Part shown: positions 1 to 9,442 of the stretch, in pieces
Position numbering within the stretch: position 1 is the first letter of the stretch
How the letters are laid out: each line of letters begins with the position of its first letter
Program-made: the position numbers and the translations under genes
Notes under the pieces: generated by a model
Databases searched by the model: none
Told to the model about the DNA's origin: nothing
What the model saw: only the letters and a program-made list of their open reading frames with translations
Assembly (NCBI GenBank): GCA_963819655.1
Contig: CAWFXA010000001.1
Span: 192,001 to 256,000, forward strand
Source of the DNA: an uncultured Chloroflexia bacterium
GTDB lineage: Bacteria > Chloroflexota > Limnocylindria > Limnocylindrales > CSP1-4
Direction: 5' to 3'
Length of the DNA stretch: 64,000 nt

Positions 1-92
1 TGTCCGGGACGATGTCCGAGATCGTCGCGTACGGCACGGCGGTCATCGTCGAACCCGACAAGTCGGCCAAGGCGCCGACGGCGGTCGACTGA
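1..92 (+). CDS. C-terminal fragment of a YbjQ/UPF0145-family protein (runs off the window start)
   Basis: Frame from nt 3 reads SGTMSEIVAYGTAVIVEPDK...*. EIVAYGTAV is the typical YbjQ C-terminal motif. The stop overlaps the next ATG (TGATG). Confidence 0.7.
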   Translation, partial: SGTMSEIVAYGTAVIVEPDKSAKAPTAVD

Positions 93-436
93 TGGGTGCC
101 GATCTGGCCCGCCTCCTGGTCCTCGGCCTCGGCCTCGTGCTGACGGTCCTCGGCCTGTCGTTGATCGGCACGCAGCGCGCCGAGGGGCTGTACGCGCTGT
201 TCATCGGGCTCGCCCTGATCGTCGCTGCGGCCATCGAACGCGTGCGCTATCGCTCCGCCGAAGCCGAGCGGCAGGCGGCCGCTCCTGGGCCTGGCGGCGG
301 CGAGCCAGCCGGCACCAGCCTCGACCCGCGGTTCCGCCCGACAGAGGAGCGTTTCGAGGATCCGACGACGGGCGTGCGGATGCGGGTCTGGCTCGATCCG
401 GTGGCCGGTGAACGGCGGTACGTCGCCGAGGAATGA
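92..436 (+). CDS. Small hypothetical membrane protein (2 TM helices plus C-terminal FRPTEERFEDPTTG..RVW motif)
   Basis: 114-aa ORF with two hydrophobic segments, translationally coupled to the upstream gene. Confidence 0.7.
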   Translation: MGADLARLLVLGLGLVLTVLGLSLIGTQRAEGLYALFIGLALIVAAAIERVRYRSAEAERQAAAPGPGGGEPAGTSLDPRFRPTEERFEDPTTGVRMRVWLDPVAGERRYVAEE

Positions 437-517
437 CCCTTTCGGCCCATCCGGCGCCTTCACTGGGCCGTGCTATCCTCGCCGGCCAGCCCGCAGCACA
501 GGAGCCGCCCGCTCGAG

Positions 518-2698
518 ATGGCCGCCGTCGACCCCGGACCGCCCGCCTCCACCACGGTCGCGGCACGTCCACGGCGCGTCGCCAAGCGGGAAGCGCCCCA
601 GTTCCCCTACCTCAATCGCGAGCTGTCCTGGCTGGAGTTCAACGCGCGGGTCCTGTACGAGGCGCGCGACGCGCGCAATCCGCTCCTCGAGCGGGTCAAG
701 TTCGCGGCGATCTTCGCCGGCAACCTCGACGAGTTCTTCCAGGTCCGCATCGCCGGTCTGCGTCAGCAGGTCGACGCGGGAACTGGCACCCGGGCGCCCG
801 ATGGTCGCACCCCGGCCGAGCAGCTGGCGAACGCCCGTGAGCGCGTCCTCGAACTCGTCGCGGAGCATTCGGCGATCTTCCTGGAGCTGCGCCAGAGCCT
901 GTCGGCCGAGGGCGTGTCGATGCTCGACTACGCGGCGATCCCCGAGCACCACGAGACGCTCCGCCAGCGATTCCTGGATGAGATCTTCCCGGTCCTGACG
1001 CCCCTCGCCGTCGATCCCGGTCATCCGTTCCCGTACATCTCGACGCTCAGCCTGTCGATCGCGGTCGGACTGCGCGATCCGGAGACCAACGAGCGCGTGT
1101 TCGCCCGGGTGAAAGTGCCGCAGATCCTGCCACGACTGCTCGAAGTCGAGCCGAACAAGTTCATCCCCATCGACCAGGTGATCGAGGCCAACCTCGAATT
1201 CCTGTTCACGGGCATGGAGGTCGTCGATTCGCACCTGTTCCGGGTGACCCGCAATGCCGACTTCACGGTCGAGGAGGACGAGGCGGACGACCTCCTGATG
1301 GCGATCGAGGAGGAGCTCCGTCGCCGGCGGTTCGGCGAGGCGGTGCGCCTCGAGGTCGAGCGCACGATGCCCGCGGCCACCCGCAACCTGCTGTTGCGCG
1401 GTCTCGGCCTCGAGGCCGACGATTGCTACGAGATCACCGGCATGCTCGACCTCACGGCGCTGTACCGGATCGCCGATCTCGACATCCCCGAGCTCCGGGC
1501 GGCGCCGTGGACGCCGGTCACGCCGCCGCGCCTGGTGCCCCCCGACGATGACGAGCCCGCGGACGTGTTCGCGGCGGTCCGCGCTGGCGACATCCTCGTG
1601 CACCACCCGTACGAGTCGTTCGCCGCCACGGTGGAGCGGTTCATCGCACAGGCCGCCGACGACCCGGACGTCCTCACGATCAAGATGACGCTGTACCGGA
1701 CGTCGGGCGATTCGCCGATCGTCCAGTCGCTCATCCGCGCGGCGGAACGCGGCAAGCAGGTTGTCGTCCTCGTCGAGATCAAGGCTCGCTTCGATGAGGA
1801 GGCGAACATCATCTGGGCGCGCAAGCTGGAGCGCGCCGGCGCGCACGTCGTGTACGGCCTGGTCGGGCTCAAGACCCATTCGAAGACCGCGCTCGTCGTG
1901 CGGCGCGAGGGCTCGGGTCTCCGACGTTACGTCCATATCGGGACCGGCAACTACAACCCGAAGACGGCGCGGCTTTACGTCGACCTGGGCCTGCTGACCG
2001 TCCGGCCGGAGATCGGCGCGGACGTCACTGACCTGTTCAATGTCCTGACCGGGCTGTCGCGTCAGCGAACGTTCCGCCGCTTGCTCGTCGCACCACACAG
2101 CCTGCGGTCCGGGTTCCTCGCCCTCGTGGAGCGGGAGATCGCCCACGCCGCAGCCGGCCGGCCCGCGCACATCACTTTGAAGCTCAACGCGATCGTCGAC
2201 ACCCCGGTGATCGAGGCCCTGTATCGGGCGTCGAGCGCGGGCGTCGATATCGATCTCATCGTCCGCGCGGCCTGCTCGCTCCAGCCCGGCATCGCCGGCG
2301 TCTCTGAGCGCGTCCGCGTCCGCTCGATCATCGGCGAGTTCCTCGAGCATTCGCGGATCTGGGGCTTCGCCAACGGCGGCAACCAGGAGTGGTACATCGG
2401 CTCGGCCGACCTGATGGATCGCAATCTCGACCGTCGGGTGGAGGCGGTCGTGCCCGTCGAGGACTCCGACGCAAAGGCGCGCATCGCGGAGATCATCGAG
2501 CTGATGCTGGTCGACGACCGGCGGTCGTGGCAGCTCCAGCCGGACGCTAGCTGGGTGCGCACAGAGACCCTCGATGGCAAGCCCGGGACCATCGACACCT
2601 TCGAGACGCTCAAGGAATGGGCGGTGATGTCGGGTCATGTCGCGTCGGTGCCGCGCCGGCCGGGTTCGGGTGCAGGTTCCCTGGATCCACGGGCGTGA
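518..2698 (+). CDS. ppk1: Polyphosphate kinase 1
   Basis: YLNRELSWLEFNARVL, NLDEFFQVR, HHPYESF, ARFDEEANI, KTHSK, GTGNYN, FLEHSR, GSADLMDRNLDRRVE. ATG 518 chosen as start. Confidence 0.97.
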   Translation: MAAVDPGPPASTTVAARPRRVAKREAPQFPYLNRELSWLEFNARVLYEARDARNPLLERVKFAAIFAGNLDEFFQVRIAGLRQQVDAGTGTRAPDGRTPAEQLANARERVLELVAEHSAIFLELRQSLSAEGVSMLDYAAIPEHHETLRQRFLDEIFPVLTPLAVDPGHPFPYISTLSLSIAVGLRDPETNERVFARVKVPQILPRLLEVEPNKFIPIDQVIEANLEFLFTGMEVVDSHLFRVTRNADFTVEEDEADDLLMAIEEELRRRRFGEAVRLEVERTMPAATRNLLLRGLGLEADDCYEITGMLDLTALYRIADLDIPELRAAPWTPVTPPRLVPPDDDEPADVFAAVRAGDILVHHPYESFAATVERFIAQAADDPDVLTIKMTLYRTSGDSPIVQSLIRAAERGKQVVVLVEIKARFDEEANIIWARKLERAGAHVVYGLVGLKTHSKTALVVRREGSGLRRYVHIGTGNYNPKTARLYVDLGLLTVRPEIGADVTDLFNVLTGLSRQRTFRRLLVAPHSLRSGFLALVEREIAHAAAGRPAHITLKLNAIVDTPVIEALYRASSAGVDIDLIVRAACSLQPGIAGVSERVRVRSIIGEFLEHSRIWGFANGGNQEWYIGSADLMDRNLDRRVEAVVPVEDSDAKARIAEIIELMLVDDRRSWQLQPDASWVRTETLDGKPGTIDTFETLKEWAVMSGHVASVPRRPGSGAGSLDPRA

Positions 2699-4365
2699 CG
2701 GAGGTCGAGCTCAAGTACCGCGTCGGAGACCTGGCCGCCGCCGAACGATTGCTCGCGGCCGACCGGCTGGGCCCGTTCACCGCCGGCGCCGGCCGCGCAC
2801 GAGCCACGCAGCTCGAGGACCGTTATGTCGACACCGCCGATGGTGCCCTGGCACGTGCCGGTTTCGCGGTCCGCCTCCGCCAGAGTGGTGGTGAGACGAT
2901 CGTGTCCGTCAAGGCGCTGGCCCATGCCGAAGGGTCGAACGGCGCCATGCACCGCGAAGAGCTCGAGGGGCCGGCGGATCGCGTCGCCCCGCCGGTCGAC
3001 TGGCCGGCATCCGATGCCAGGTCGCTCGTCGTCGAGCACGCCGGCGACGCGCCACTGGTCGAGCGCGTCACGATCCGCCAGCTCCGACGCAAGCGCCAGT
3101 TGCGGTCAGCCGCGACGCGTGTCGAGCTGAGCCTCGACGAGGTCGATGTCGTCGAGCGTGGCCGCGTCGTCGAGCGGTTCGTCGAGCTCGAGGCCGAGCT
3201 GACCAAGGGCGATGAGTCCGAGCTGGCCGCGCTCGGCGCCGCGATCGAAACGGAGTCCGGGCTGCAGCGCGCGCGCACCAGCAAGCTCGAGGCCGCTCTC
3301 GCCGCGATCAATGGCTCGAGCGCTGGCGCTGACGCGCCGGTCGCCGGATCGACACCGGCGCCGGGGGCTGATCCCGCACCCGCGGCCCCGCCCGAGATCC
3401 CGTCGAGCGCGCAGGATGCTCCTCGCCTGGTCGTCGGCAAGTCCCCTGGCGTCCTGGCCGAGGACCACATCGCCGAGGCCGGCCGCAAGGTCATGCGCTT
3501 CCACCTCGCGCGGATGCTCGACCGGGAGCCGGGCGTCCGGAGCGGCATCGACATCGAGGATGTCCACAAGATGCGGGTCGCGACGCGCCGGCAGCGGGCG
3601 GCCTGGCGCGTCTTCGGCGAGGCCTACCGGCATGGTCGCACGAAGGCCTATCGCCAAGGGCTCCGCGACATCGCCCGCCGGCTCGGGGCGGTCCGCGATC
3701 TCGATGTCCAGCTCGAGGCGACCGATCATTACCGCGAGGACCTGCCGCGCACCGAGCAGCGAGCGCTCGAGCCGCTGATCGCCGCCTGGCGCCTGCATCG
3801 CGACGACGCGCGGGCCTTGCTCACGCGGGAGCTCGACTCGCCTCACTACGGCCGGTTCATCGACGACTACCTCGACTTCGTCCGGACGGACGGCGCGGCC
3901 GTGGCTTCCATCGGAGCGACCCAGCCACATCGCGTGCGCGACACCGCGCCATCACGCATCTGGACGGCTTACGAGCAAGTCCGCAGCTATGAGCCGGTCC
4001 TGCGCTGGGCCGACGTCCCGACCCTCCATGAGCTGCGGATCGCCGGGAAGTGGCTGCGCTACTCGATGGAGTTCGTCGCGGAGCCGCTCGGGGACAACGC
4101 ATTGCCGCTGATCGCCAAGGTCACTGCCCTGCAGGACCACCTCGGTCTGATGAACGACGCGGACGTCAGCGCATCGATGGCGCGCACCTTCCTCGTCGAG
4201 CACGCCGGGCAACTGAGCCAGGCCGAGGGTGCCGCGATCGGGCGCTATCTGGTCGATCGTGAGCGCGAAGTGGCGCGACTCCGACGAGCGATCGGGGCGC
4301 CGTGGCGCGGCATCGCCGGCCCCGGCTTCCGACGCTCGCTCGGACGGGTGGTCGCGGGCCTCTAG
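2695..4365 (+). CDS. CYTH (triphosphate tunnel) plus CHAD domain protein
   Basis: N-terminal EVELKY and ELEAEL (CYTH ExExK); C-terminal VHKMRVATRR, LGAVRDLDV, LHELRIAGKWLRY, LQDHLG (CHAD). GTGA overlap with the ppk1 stop. Confidence 0.9.
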   Translation: MTEVELKYRVGDLAAAERLLAADRLGPFTAGAGRARATQLEDRYVDTADGALARAGFAVRLRQSGGETIVSVKALAHAEGSNGAMHREELEGPADRVAPPVDWPASDARSLVVEHAGDAPLVERVTIRQLRRKRQLRSAATRVELSLDEVDVVERGRVVERFVELEAELTKGDESELAALGAAIETESGLQRARTSKLEAALAAINGSSAGADAPVAGSTPAPGADPAPAAPPEIPSSAQDAPRLVVGKSPGVLAEDHIAEAGRKVMRFHLARMLDREPGVRSGIDIEDVHKMRVATRRQRAAWRVFGEAYRHGRTKAYRQGLRDIARRLGAVRDLDVQLEATDHYREDLPRTEQRALEPLIAAWRLHRDDARALLTRELDSPHYGRFIDDYLDFVRTDGAAVASIGATQPHRVRDTAPSRIWTAYEQVRSYEPVLRWADVPTLHELRIAGKWLRYSMEFVAEPLGDNALPLIAKVTALQDHLGLMNDADVSASMARTFLVEHAGQLSQAEGAAIGRYLVDREREVARLRRAIGAPWRGIAGPGFRRSLGRVVAGL

Positions 4366-4367
4366 AC

Positions 4368-4388
4368 GGCTTCGCCTCGGGCGGAGCC
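4368..4388. terminator. Hairpin between the convergent CHAD and ppx genes
   Basis: GGCTTCGCC-TCG-GGCGGAGCC stem-loop, no U tract. Confidence 0.4.
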
Positions 4389-4401
4389 TCGGCGGCGTCC
4401 G

Positions 4402-5349
4402 TCAGTGACGCCAGCCGTGCGCGAGCTCCGGCAAGCGATCCCGCCACGCCCGACCGGCGTGGTCGGCGACGAGGATGGCGCCTTCGCGCAGGCTCGCCTC
4501 CGAGACGCGCACATGATCGACGCCATACCTGCGCATCAGCCCATCGATGATCACCGCACCCGCCGGCAGCAGCGGCCCGCGCTTCGGGTTGATGCCGAAT
4601 CGCTCCGTGATGTCCGCCGCCGGGGAGGCGGTCAGGGTGGCCAGCGCCTCGGCCACCCGGTCGCGCGTCAGGATCTCGTCCTTCGACCCGGCCGCGGTGA
4701 CCTTCAGGAGGTTCGAGGCCGTCCCGCCCACAGCGACCAGGTCCGTCGGGTCCGCATCGAGGGCACCCCGCAGGATCTCCTCGGCCGCGGCCTGCATGGC
4801 CTGGATCGCGTCGATGTCGACCGGATCGGATGTCGCGAACCGGGCGGTCAGCCGGCGTGAGCCGAGTCGCAGACCCGCGGCGCGCGGGATGCCTCCGGCC
4901 GTCACGGCACAGAACTCGGAGCTGCCGCCGCCGATGTCGACGACGAGGGTCTCATGGACCACCGGGCGCCCGGCCGTGACCCCGATCAGCGTGAGATATG
5001 CCTCTTCCTCGTGGGTCAGGACGTGGAGCGGGACGCCCGTCGCTGCCTCGACGTCGGCGACGATGCGCATCGCGTCGGCCGCGCGCCTGATCGGCTCTGT
5101 GCCCACGAACGTGATCTCTGCTGCGCCGAGGCCGCGAGCTGTCGCGGCGTAGCGGGTGAGCGCGCCGGCCAGCTCGTCGCGAGCGGTCGCACCGAGATGG
5201 GCGTGGTCGTCGACCGCTGCGCCGAGGCCGAGGAAGACGGATTCGTCCGTCAGGGGCCGGAGCTGGTGGCCCGCGATGGCGGCGACGAGGAGATGGACTG
5301 AATTCGAACCGAGGTCGACCGATGCGCCGATGGGCGGTCGGGGTGTCAC
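4402..5349 (-). CDS. ppx: Ppx/GppA-family exopolyphosphatase (short form)
   Basis: VDLGSNSVHL, EEEAYL, VDIGGGSSE, GGTASNL, SLREG. True start is probably GTG 5349, overlapping the upstream stop, not 6060. Confidence 0.9.
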   Translation of the reverse strand: MTPRPPIGASVDLGSNSVHLLVAAIAGHQLRPLTDESVFLGLGAAVDDHAHLGATARDELAGALTRYAATARGLGAAEITFVGTEPIRRAADAMRIVADVEAATGVPLHVLTHEEEAYLTLIGVTAGRPVVHETLVVDIGGGSSEFCAVTAGGIPRAAGLRLGSRRLTARFATSDPVDIDAIQAMQAAAEEILRGALDADPTDLVAVGGTASNLLKVTAAGSKDEILTRDRVAEALATLTASPAADITERFGINPKRGPLLPAGAVIIDGLMRRYGVDHVRVSEASLREGAILVADHAGRAWRDRLPELAHGWRH

Positions 5350-5996
5350 GCGGTCGGCTTGGGTTTCGTCGTGCGAGTCGATGCCGCGCGACGCCGGGTC
5401 GCGGGCCTGGGTCGTGTGGCCGTCGTGCTGCGACGTCGGGTCGGCGCCTTTGCGGCGGTCGCCGGCCTGGCGGCTCCGGCTGGCTTCGCGGCTGTGGCCT
5501 TGGCCGCGGGCTTGGCGGCTGTGGCCTTGGCCGCGGGCTTGGCCGGTGTGGCCCTGGCCGGCGCCTTGGCCGCCGCGGGCTTGCTGGCACCGGCGGGCTT
5601 GGCGGCAGCCTTCCTCGCCGGCGTCTTGGTGGCGGTCGCCGTTCGGCCCGGCGTCGAACCGGTCTGCGCCCCGCTCACGCCGCTGGCCGCCTCCCGGATC
5701 GAGGCCACGATCGAGGCCATCTGGGCAGCCGCGTCGGCCGCCTGCCGCTCGCGTTTCGCGAGCTCCTCCCGCAGCCTCGCCGACTGGCGCAGGCGCTTCG
5801 CCTCGGTGGCACGGGCCGCATCGAGCTGCCGCCCGAGCCTTTCGATCCGGCGGCGAGTCGCCTTGGGCACCTCCGCGGCCGCCGCCTGGGACGCGGCCAC
5901 GATATCCCCGACCGCGGCGATGACGTCGGCGGGCATCGAGGACCCCGATACCCTTCCGTCCGCCTTCGTGGCGGATCCTCTCTGCTTGACTGCCAT
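5346..5996 (-). CDS. Coiled-coil plus histone H1-like Ala/Lys/Pro-repeat protein
   Basis: AGGAGG SD before ATG; N-terminal helical/coiled-coil segment; AAKPAAKATAAKPAAKATAAKPA repeats and a basic tail; coupled to ppx. Confidence 0.8.
   Translation of the reverse strand: MAVKQRGSATKADGRVSGSSMPADVIAAVGDIVAASQAAAAEVPKATRRRIERLGRQLDAARATEAKRLRQSARLREELAKRERQAADAAAQMASIVASIREAASGVSGAQTGSTPGRTATATKTPARKAAAKPAGASKPAAAKAPARATPAKPAAKATAAKPAAKATAAKPAGAARPATAAKAPTRRRSTTATRPRPATRRRAASTRTTKPKPTA
5488..5560. repeat. 27-nt coding tandem repeat (2 full copies plus 1 partial) encoding KPAAKATAA units
   Basis: GCGGCTGTGGCCTTGGCCGCGGGCTTG at 5488 and 5515; degenerate copy from 5542. Confidence 0.85.
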
Positions 5997-6096
5997 CCCT
6001 GCCTCCTGCTCTTGAAATGTCGAATCTGTCGCGGCGGGAACGGTAGCACCCGAAGATCAACCCGGAGCGAGTCGCTCCGCATCGTCGGTCCCTGGT

Positions 6097-6140
6097 GCGA
6101 ACAGGACGTTAACGACCCGTCGACGGTCGGTTAGCGACTG
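6097..6140. promoter_or_regulatory. Putative PHO box (11-bp direct-repeat array) in the divergent promoter region
   Basis: GCGAAC (6097), GTTAAC (6108), GTCGAC (6119), GTTAGC (6130) at exact 11-nt spacing. Confidence 0.6.
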
Positions 6141-6157
6141 TACGCCATCGTCTCGCC

Positions 6158-6850
6158 ATGTCGACGCCGTCGCTGCCATCGTGGGTCGCCATCGCCGACG
6201 GCGGGCCGGTCATGCACCTCATCGACGTCGTGGGGATGCGGACGATCCATGCCACAGCGGATCCCGCCGAGTTCGCCGAGATGCTGCGGTCGACCCGCCC
6301 GCGCATCGCGATCATCGGCACGCCTCCGGCCGGCGCCGATGAGGTCGCCGCCGCGCTCCGCGAACGCCGCCGCCGACCTGCGTTGCGGATCGTGGTGGTC
6401 AGCCCGTCGGAGGCCATCGCCGAGCGGCTCGAGGCGCTGCGTGCGGGCGCCGACGAAGCCCACCCCGACACCATCGACCCGGCCGAGCTCGGCGCACGAC
6501 TCGCCCTCCTCGAGGAGCGCACGCGTCCGCGCCACGATGCTGTGCTCATCGTGACCGACGACACCGAGCTCGACCTGGTCGCCCATGAGGTCCGTCGCGC
6601 TGGCTCGCTGATCCATCTGCGCCCGAAGGAGTTCCAGCTGCTGGCCATGCTGGCGGCGCATCCCGGCCGGGCCTACTCGCGACGGCAATTGCTCGACCGC
6701 GTGTGGGGTCCGAACCACGACGGCGACCCACGCACCGTCGACGTCCATATCCGCTGGCTTCGAAGCAAGATCGAGCCACAGCCGGATGTGCCGACCCACC
6801 TCGTCACGGTGCGGGGCGTCGGCTATCGGCTGGATCCCAGCCCGCGTTGA
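6158..6850 (+). CDS. OmpR/PhoB-family regulator with a degenerate receiver domain
   Basis: Winged helix LRPKEFQLL...RTVDVHIRWLRSKIE...TVRGVGYR. The receiver lacks the acidic pocket, phospho-Asp and KP motif. Confidence 0.85.
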   Translation: MSTPSLPSWVAIADGGPVMHLIDVVGMRTIHATADPAEFAEMLRSTRPRIAIIGTPPAGADEVAAALRERRRRPALRIVVVSPSEAIAERLEALRAGADEAHPDTIDPAELGARLALLEERTRPRHDAVLIVTDDTELDLVAHEVRRAGSLIHLRPKEFQLLAMLAAHPGRAYSRRQLLDRVWGPNHDGDPRTVDVHIRWLRSKIEPQPDVPTHLVTVRGVGYRLDPSPR

Positions 6851-6893
6851 TCGCCCAGGGTCACCGACGCCGGGACACGACCGCCATCCGTCG

Positions 6894-7112
6894 CTAGCGG
6901 CGCGGTCGCTTTGTGTCCCGTCGCAGGAGGCCCTCGACTTCCCGTGTGACCGAGTCGTGCGCGTCCAGGTACCGGTCGAACAGGCGCTCGACGGTGCGCA
7001 TCTCGCGTGCCGCGAGTGGGCTACCGGAGGGACGCTCATCGAAGAATTGTCGAAGCCCGACGATGGCGTCCAGCAGGTCGTCGACCTGCCTGGACCAGCT
7101 CACGATGTCCAC
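6894..7112 (-). CDS. Small hypothetical helical protein (~72 aa)
   Basis: GAGGAGG SD before GTG 7112; amphipathic helical sequence; divergent from pstS. Confidence 0.6.
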   Translation of the reverse strand: MDIVSWSRQVDDLLDAIVGLRQFFDERPSGSPLAAREMRTVERLFDRYLDAHDSVTREVEGLLRRDTKRPRR

Positions 7113-7231
7113 GACCCCTCCTCGATCCCCGCGAGCCGGCACCTGTTCGGGCGCGGCAGGCGAACGATAGCGACAACGTGCTAAACGCGCCCGAGCGTGG
7201 ACCGGCCACCCCCCGTTCGGTTCGGGTCGGC

Positions 7232-7253
7232 GTTAACGGTCCCTTAACCGCTC
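7232..7253 (+). promoter_or_regulatory. Putative PHO box upstream of pstS
   Basis: GTTAACGGTCC-CTTAACCGCTC, two 11-nt units. Confidence 0.6.
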
Positions 7254-7365
7254 GAAAAGCGACCGTTGATGCCCTCTCTCCATCGTCGTGGCGTCAGACA
7301 GGAAGGAAATCGTCCGAGCACGTCCGCGCCCACACGGCTATGGCCGACCTAGGAGGAACCATCGA

Positions 7366-8386
7366 GTGACCATCACGAGTCCCAAGCGCCTCGGGGCATT
7401 GGCCCTGGTGGCAGCATTCATGCTCGGCGCATGTTCGGGCGGCGGCGGAGCCACCACCGCCCCCAGCACCGCTCCGGGATCGGCGGCGCCGGAAAGCGTC
7501 GCGCCCGAGAGCTCGGCACCTGCCCTGTCGGGCTCGGTGACGATCGATGGCTCGAGCACCGTGTTCCCGATCACCGCGGCCGTCGCTGAGGACTTCCAGA
7601 TCGCCAATCCCGGCGTCCAGGCGTCAGTCGCGCTGTCGGGCACCGGCGGCGGGTTCAAGAAGTTCTGCGTCGGCGAGACCGACATCAACGATGCCTCGCG
7701 CCCGATCAAGGCCGAGGATGAGGGTGAGGGCCTGGCCTGCACGGCGAACAACATCGAGTTCGTCGAGCTCCAGATCGCCATCGACGGCCTGACTGTCGTG
7801 GTGAACCCCGCGAACACCTTCGCGACATGCCTGACCGTGGAAGAGCTGGCCAAGATCTACGGGCCGGACTCCCCGCAGGACCTCAAGTGGAGCGACGTTC
7901 GCGCCGACTTCCCGGCCGATGCGGTCAACCGGTTCATGCCGGGCGCCGACTCGGGGACGTTCGACTACTTCACCGAGGTCATCAACGGTGAGGTCGACGC
8001 TGCGACGCAGCACGCGACCGTAGTCCGAGGATGACAACGTGCTCGTGACCGGCGTCGCCAACGATACGAATGCGATCTCGTTCTTCGGCTACGCCTACTA
8101 CGTCGAGAACACCGACAAGCTCAAGGCGGTCGAGGTCGACGGCGGCTCCGGCTGCGTCGCTCCGACCGAGGCGACGATCAACGACAACAGCTACGCCCCG
8201 CTCAGCCGCCCGCTGTTCATCTACCCGGATGTCGGCAAGGCGAAGGCGCGCCCGGAGCTGAAGGGGTTCGTCGACTTCTACTTCGAGAATGGCTCGGCGC
8301 TCGCCGCCGAGGTCGGCTACGTCCAGTTGCCTGACGACCTCCTCCAGAAGGAGAAGGACGAGTGGGCGGCCGCCGTCGGCGGCTGA
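7366..8386 (+). pseudogene. pstS: Phosphate ABC substrate-binding lipoprotein PstS, frameshifted near 8020 (likely sequencing error)
   Basis: AGGAGG SD, lipobox LGAC, DGSSTVFP, SGTGGGFKKFC, ADSGTFDYF; the other frame continues SEDDNVLV...FGYAYY...LSRPLFIY. Confidence 0.88.
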
Positions 8387-8410
8387 TCAAGCGAGCACAT
8401 CCCTCCTCCA

Positions 8411-8449
8411 CGCGGATGCCGGCCCAGCTCGGATGGGCCGGCATCCGCG
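8411..8449 (+). terminator. 16-bp perfect stem-loop between pstS and pstC (terminator or mRNA stabiliser)
   Basis: CGCGGATGCCGGCCCA-gctcgga-TGGGCCGGCATCCGCG. Confidence 0.7.
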
Positions 8450-8527
8450 CGCTCCTCAGCCCCTGTCCCATCCCGTTTTCGTGACGTACGCTACGGCCCC
8501 CGATCCTGACGAGGAGCGTCACATCGC

Positions 8528-9442
8528 ATGACTGCCGCTGCCAGACCCCTGACGCGACGACGGCCGGTGTCCGAACGGATCATCGAGACCCTGCTGTTCC
8601 TGGCAGCGACCCTCGGGGTCGTCACGACCGGCGGCATCGTCCTCGTCCTCGCCTTCCAGACGATCCAGTTCTTCCTCGAGATCAGCCCGCTCGAATTCTT
8701 CACGGGCACCACGTGGTCGGCCGGCATCCGGCCCTACGCGTGGGGCGTCCTCCCGCTCGTGTCGGGCACCCTCCTCGTGGCCGGGATCGCCATGCTGATC
8801 GCGGTCCCGCTCGGGCTCCTATCCGCGATCCTGCTGGCCGACTATGCGTCCCCCCGCGTCCGGACCATCGTCAAGCCCGTTCTGGAGACGATCGCCGGCA
8901 TCCCGACCATCGTCTTCGGCTTCTTCGCTATCAACTTCCTCGCACCGCAGATCCTCATCCCGATCATCGGCCGGGGCAACATCGGGGGTTTCTCCGCGCT
9001 GTCAGGGGGCATCGTGGTCGGCTTGCTGATCACGCCGCTGATCGCCTCGATCTCGGAGGATTCGATGCGTGCGGTCCCGCGCGGCATGCGCGAAGGCGCC
9101 TACGCGATGGGCGCCACGAAGTTCGAAGTCGTCCGGAAGGTCGTCTTCCCCGCCGCCCTCTCGGGGATCATGGCGTCGATCATCCTGGCGGCGAGCCGGG
9201 CGATCGGTGAGACGATGGCGGTCTCGCTGGCGGTCGGTGACAAGCCCCAACTCACCTTCGACCCGACGGAGAGCGTGCAGACGATGACGGCGTTCATCGC
9301 CCAGATCGCGATCGGGGAGACCGCCCAGGGGTCGATCCAGTTCAAGTCGTTGTTCGCCGTCGCCGCGACGCTGTTCGCGATCACGTTGGTCCTCAACCTG
9401 CTGAGCGGCTGGGTCGTTCGCAGGTTCCGGACGGTCTACTGA
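8528..9442 (+). CDS. pstC: Phosphate ABC permease PstC
   Basis: Multi-TM; AGIPTIVFG, REGAYAMGAT, SRAIGETMAV. Confidence 0.95.
   Translation: MTAAARPLTRRRPVSERIIETLLFLAATLGVVTTGGIVLVLAFQTIQFFLEISPLEFFTGTTWSAGIRPYAWGVLPLVSGTLLVAGIAMLIAVPLGLLSAILLADYASPRVRTIVKPVLETIAGIPTIVFGFFAINFLAPQILIPIIGRGNIGGFSALSGGIVVGLLITPLIASISEDSMRAVPRGMREGAYAMGATKFEVVRKVVFPAALSGIMASIILAASRAIGETMAVSLAVGDKPQLTFDPTESVQTMTAFIAQIAIGETAQGSIQFKSLFAVAATLFAITLVLNLLSGWVVRRFRTVY

Noticed and set aside
473-2638. Long antisense and alternate-frame ORFs (e.g. 473-2638 -, 17053-19407 +, 49991-51703 +, 13407-15164 -)
   Set aside because: Shadows of real genes in high-GC DNA; no motifs, Arg/Gly/Pro-rich or antisense-codon composition.
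4402-6060. 552-aa Ppx with a long N-terminal extension
   Set aside because: The extension is an alternate frame of the AKP-repeat gene; Ppx homology starts at GTG 5349.
8011-8034. Programmed frameshift or stop readthrough in pstS
   Set aside because: No slippery sequence, and similar single-base insertions occur in three unrelated genes.
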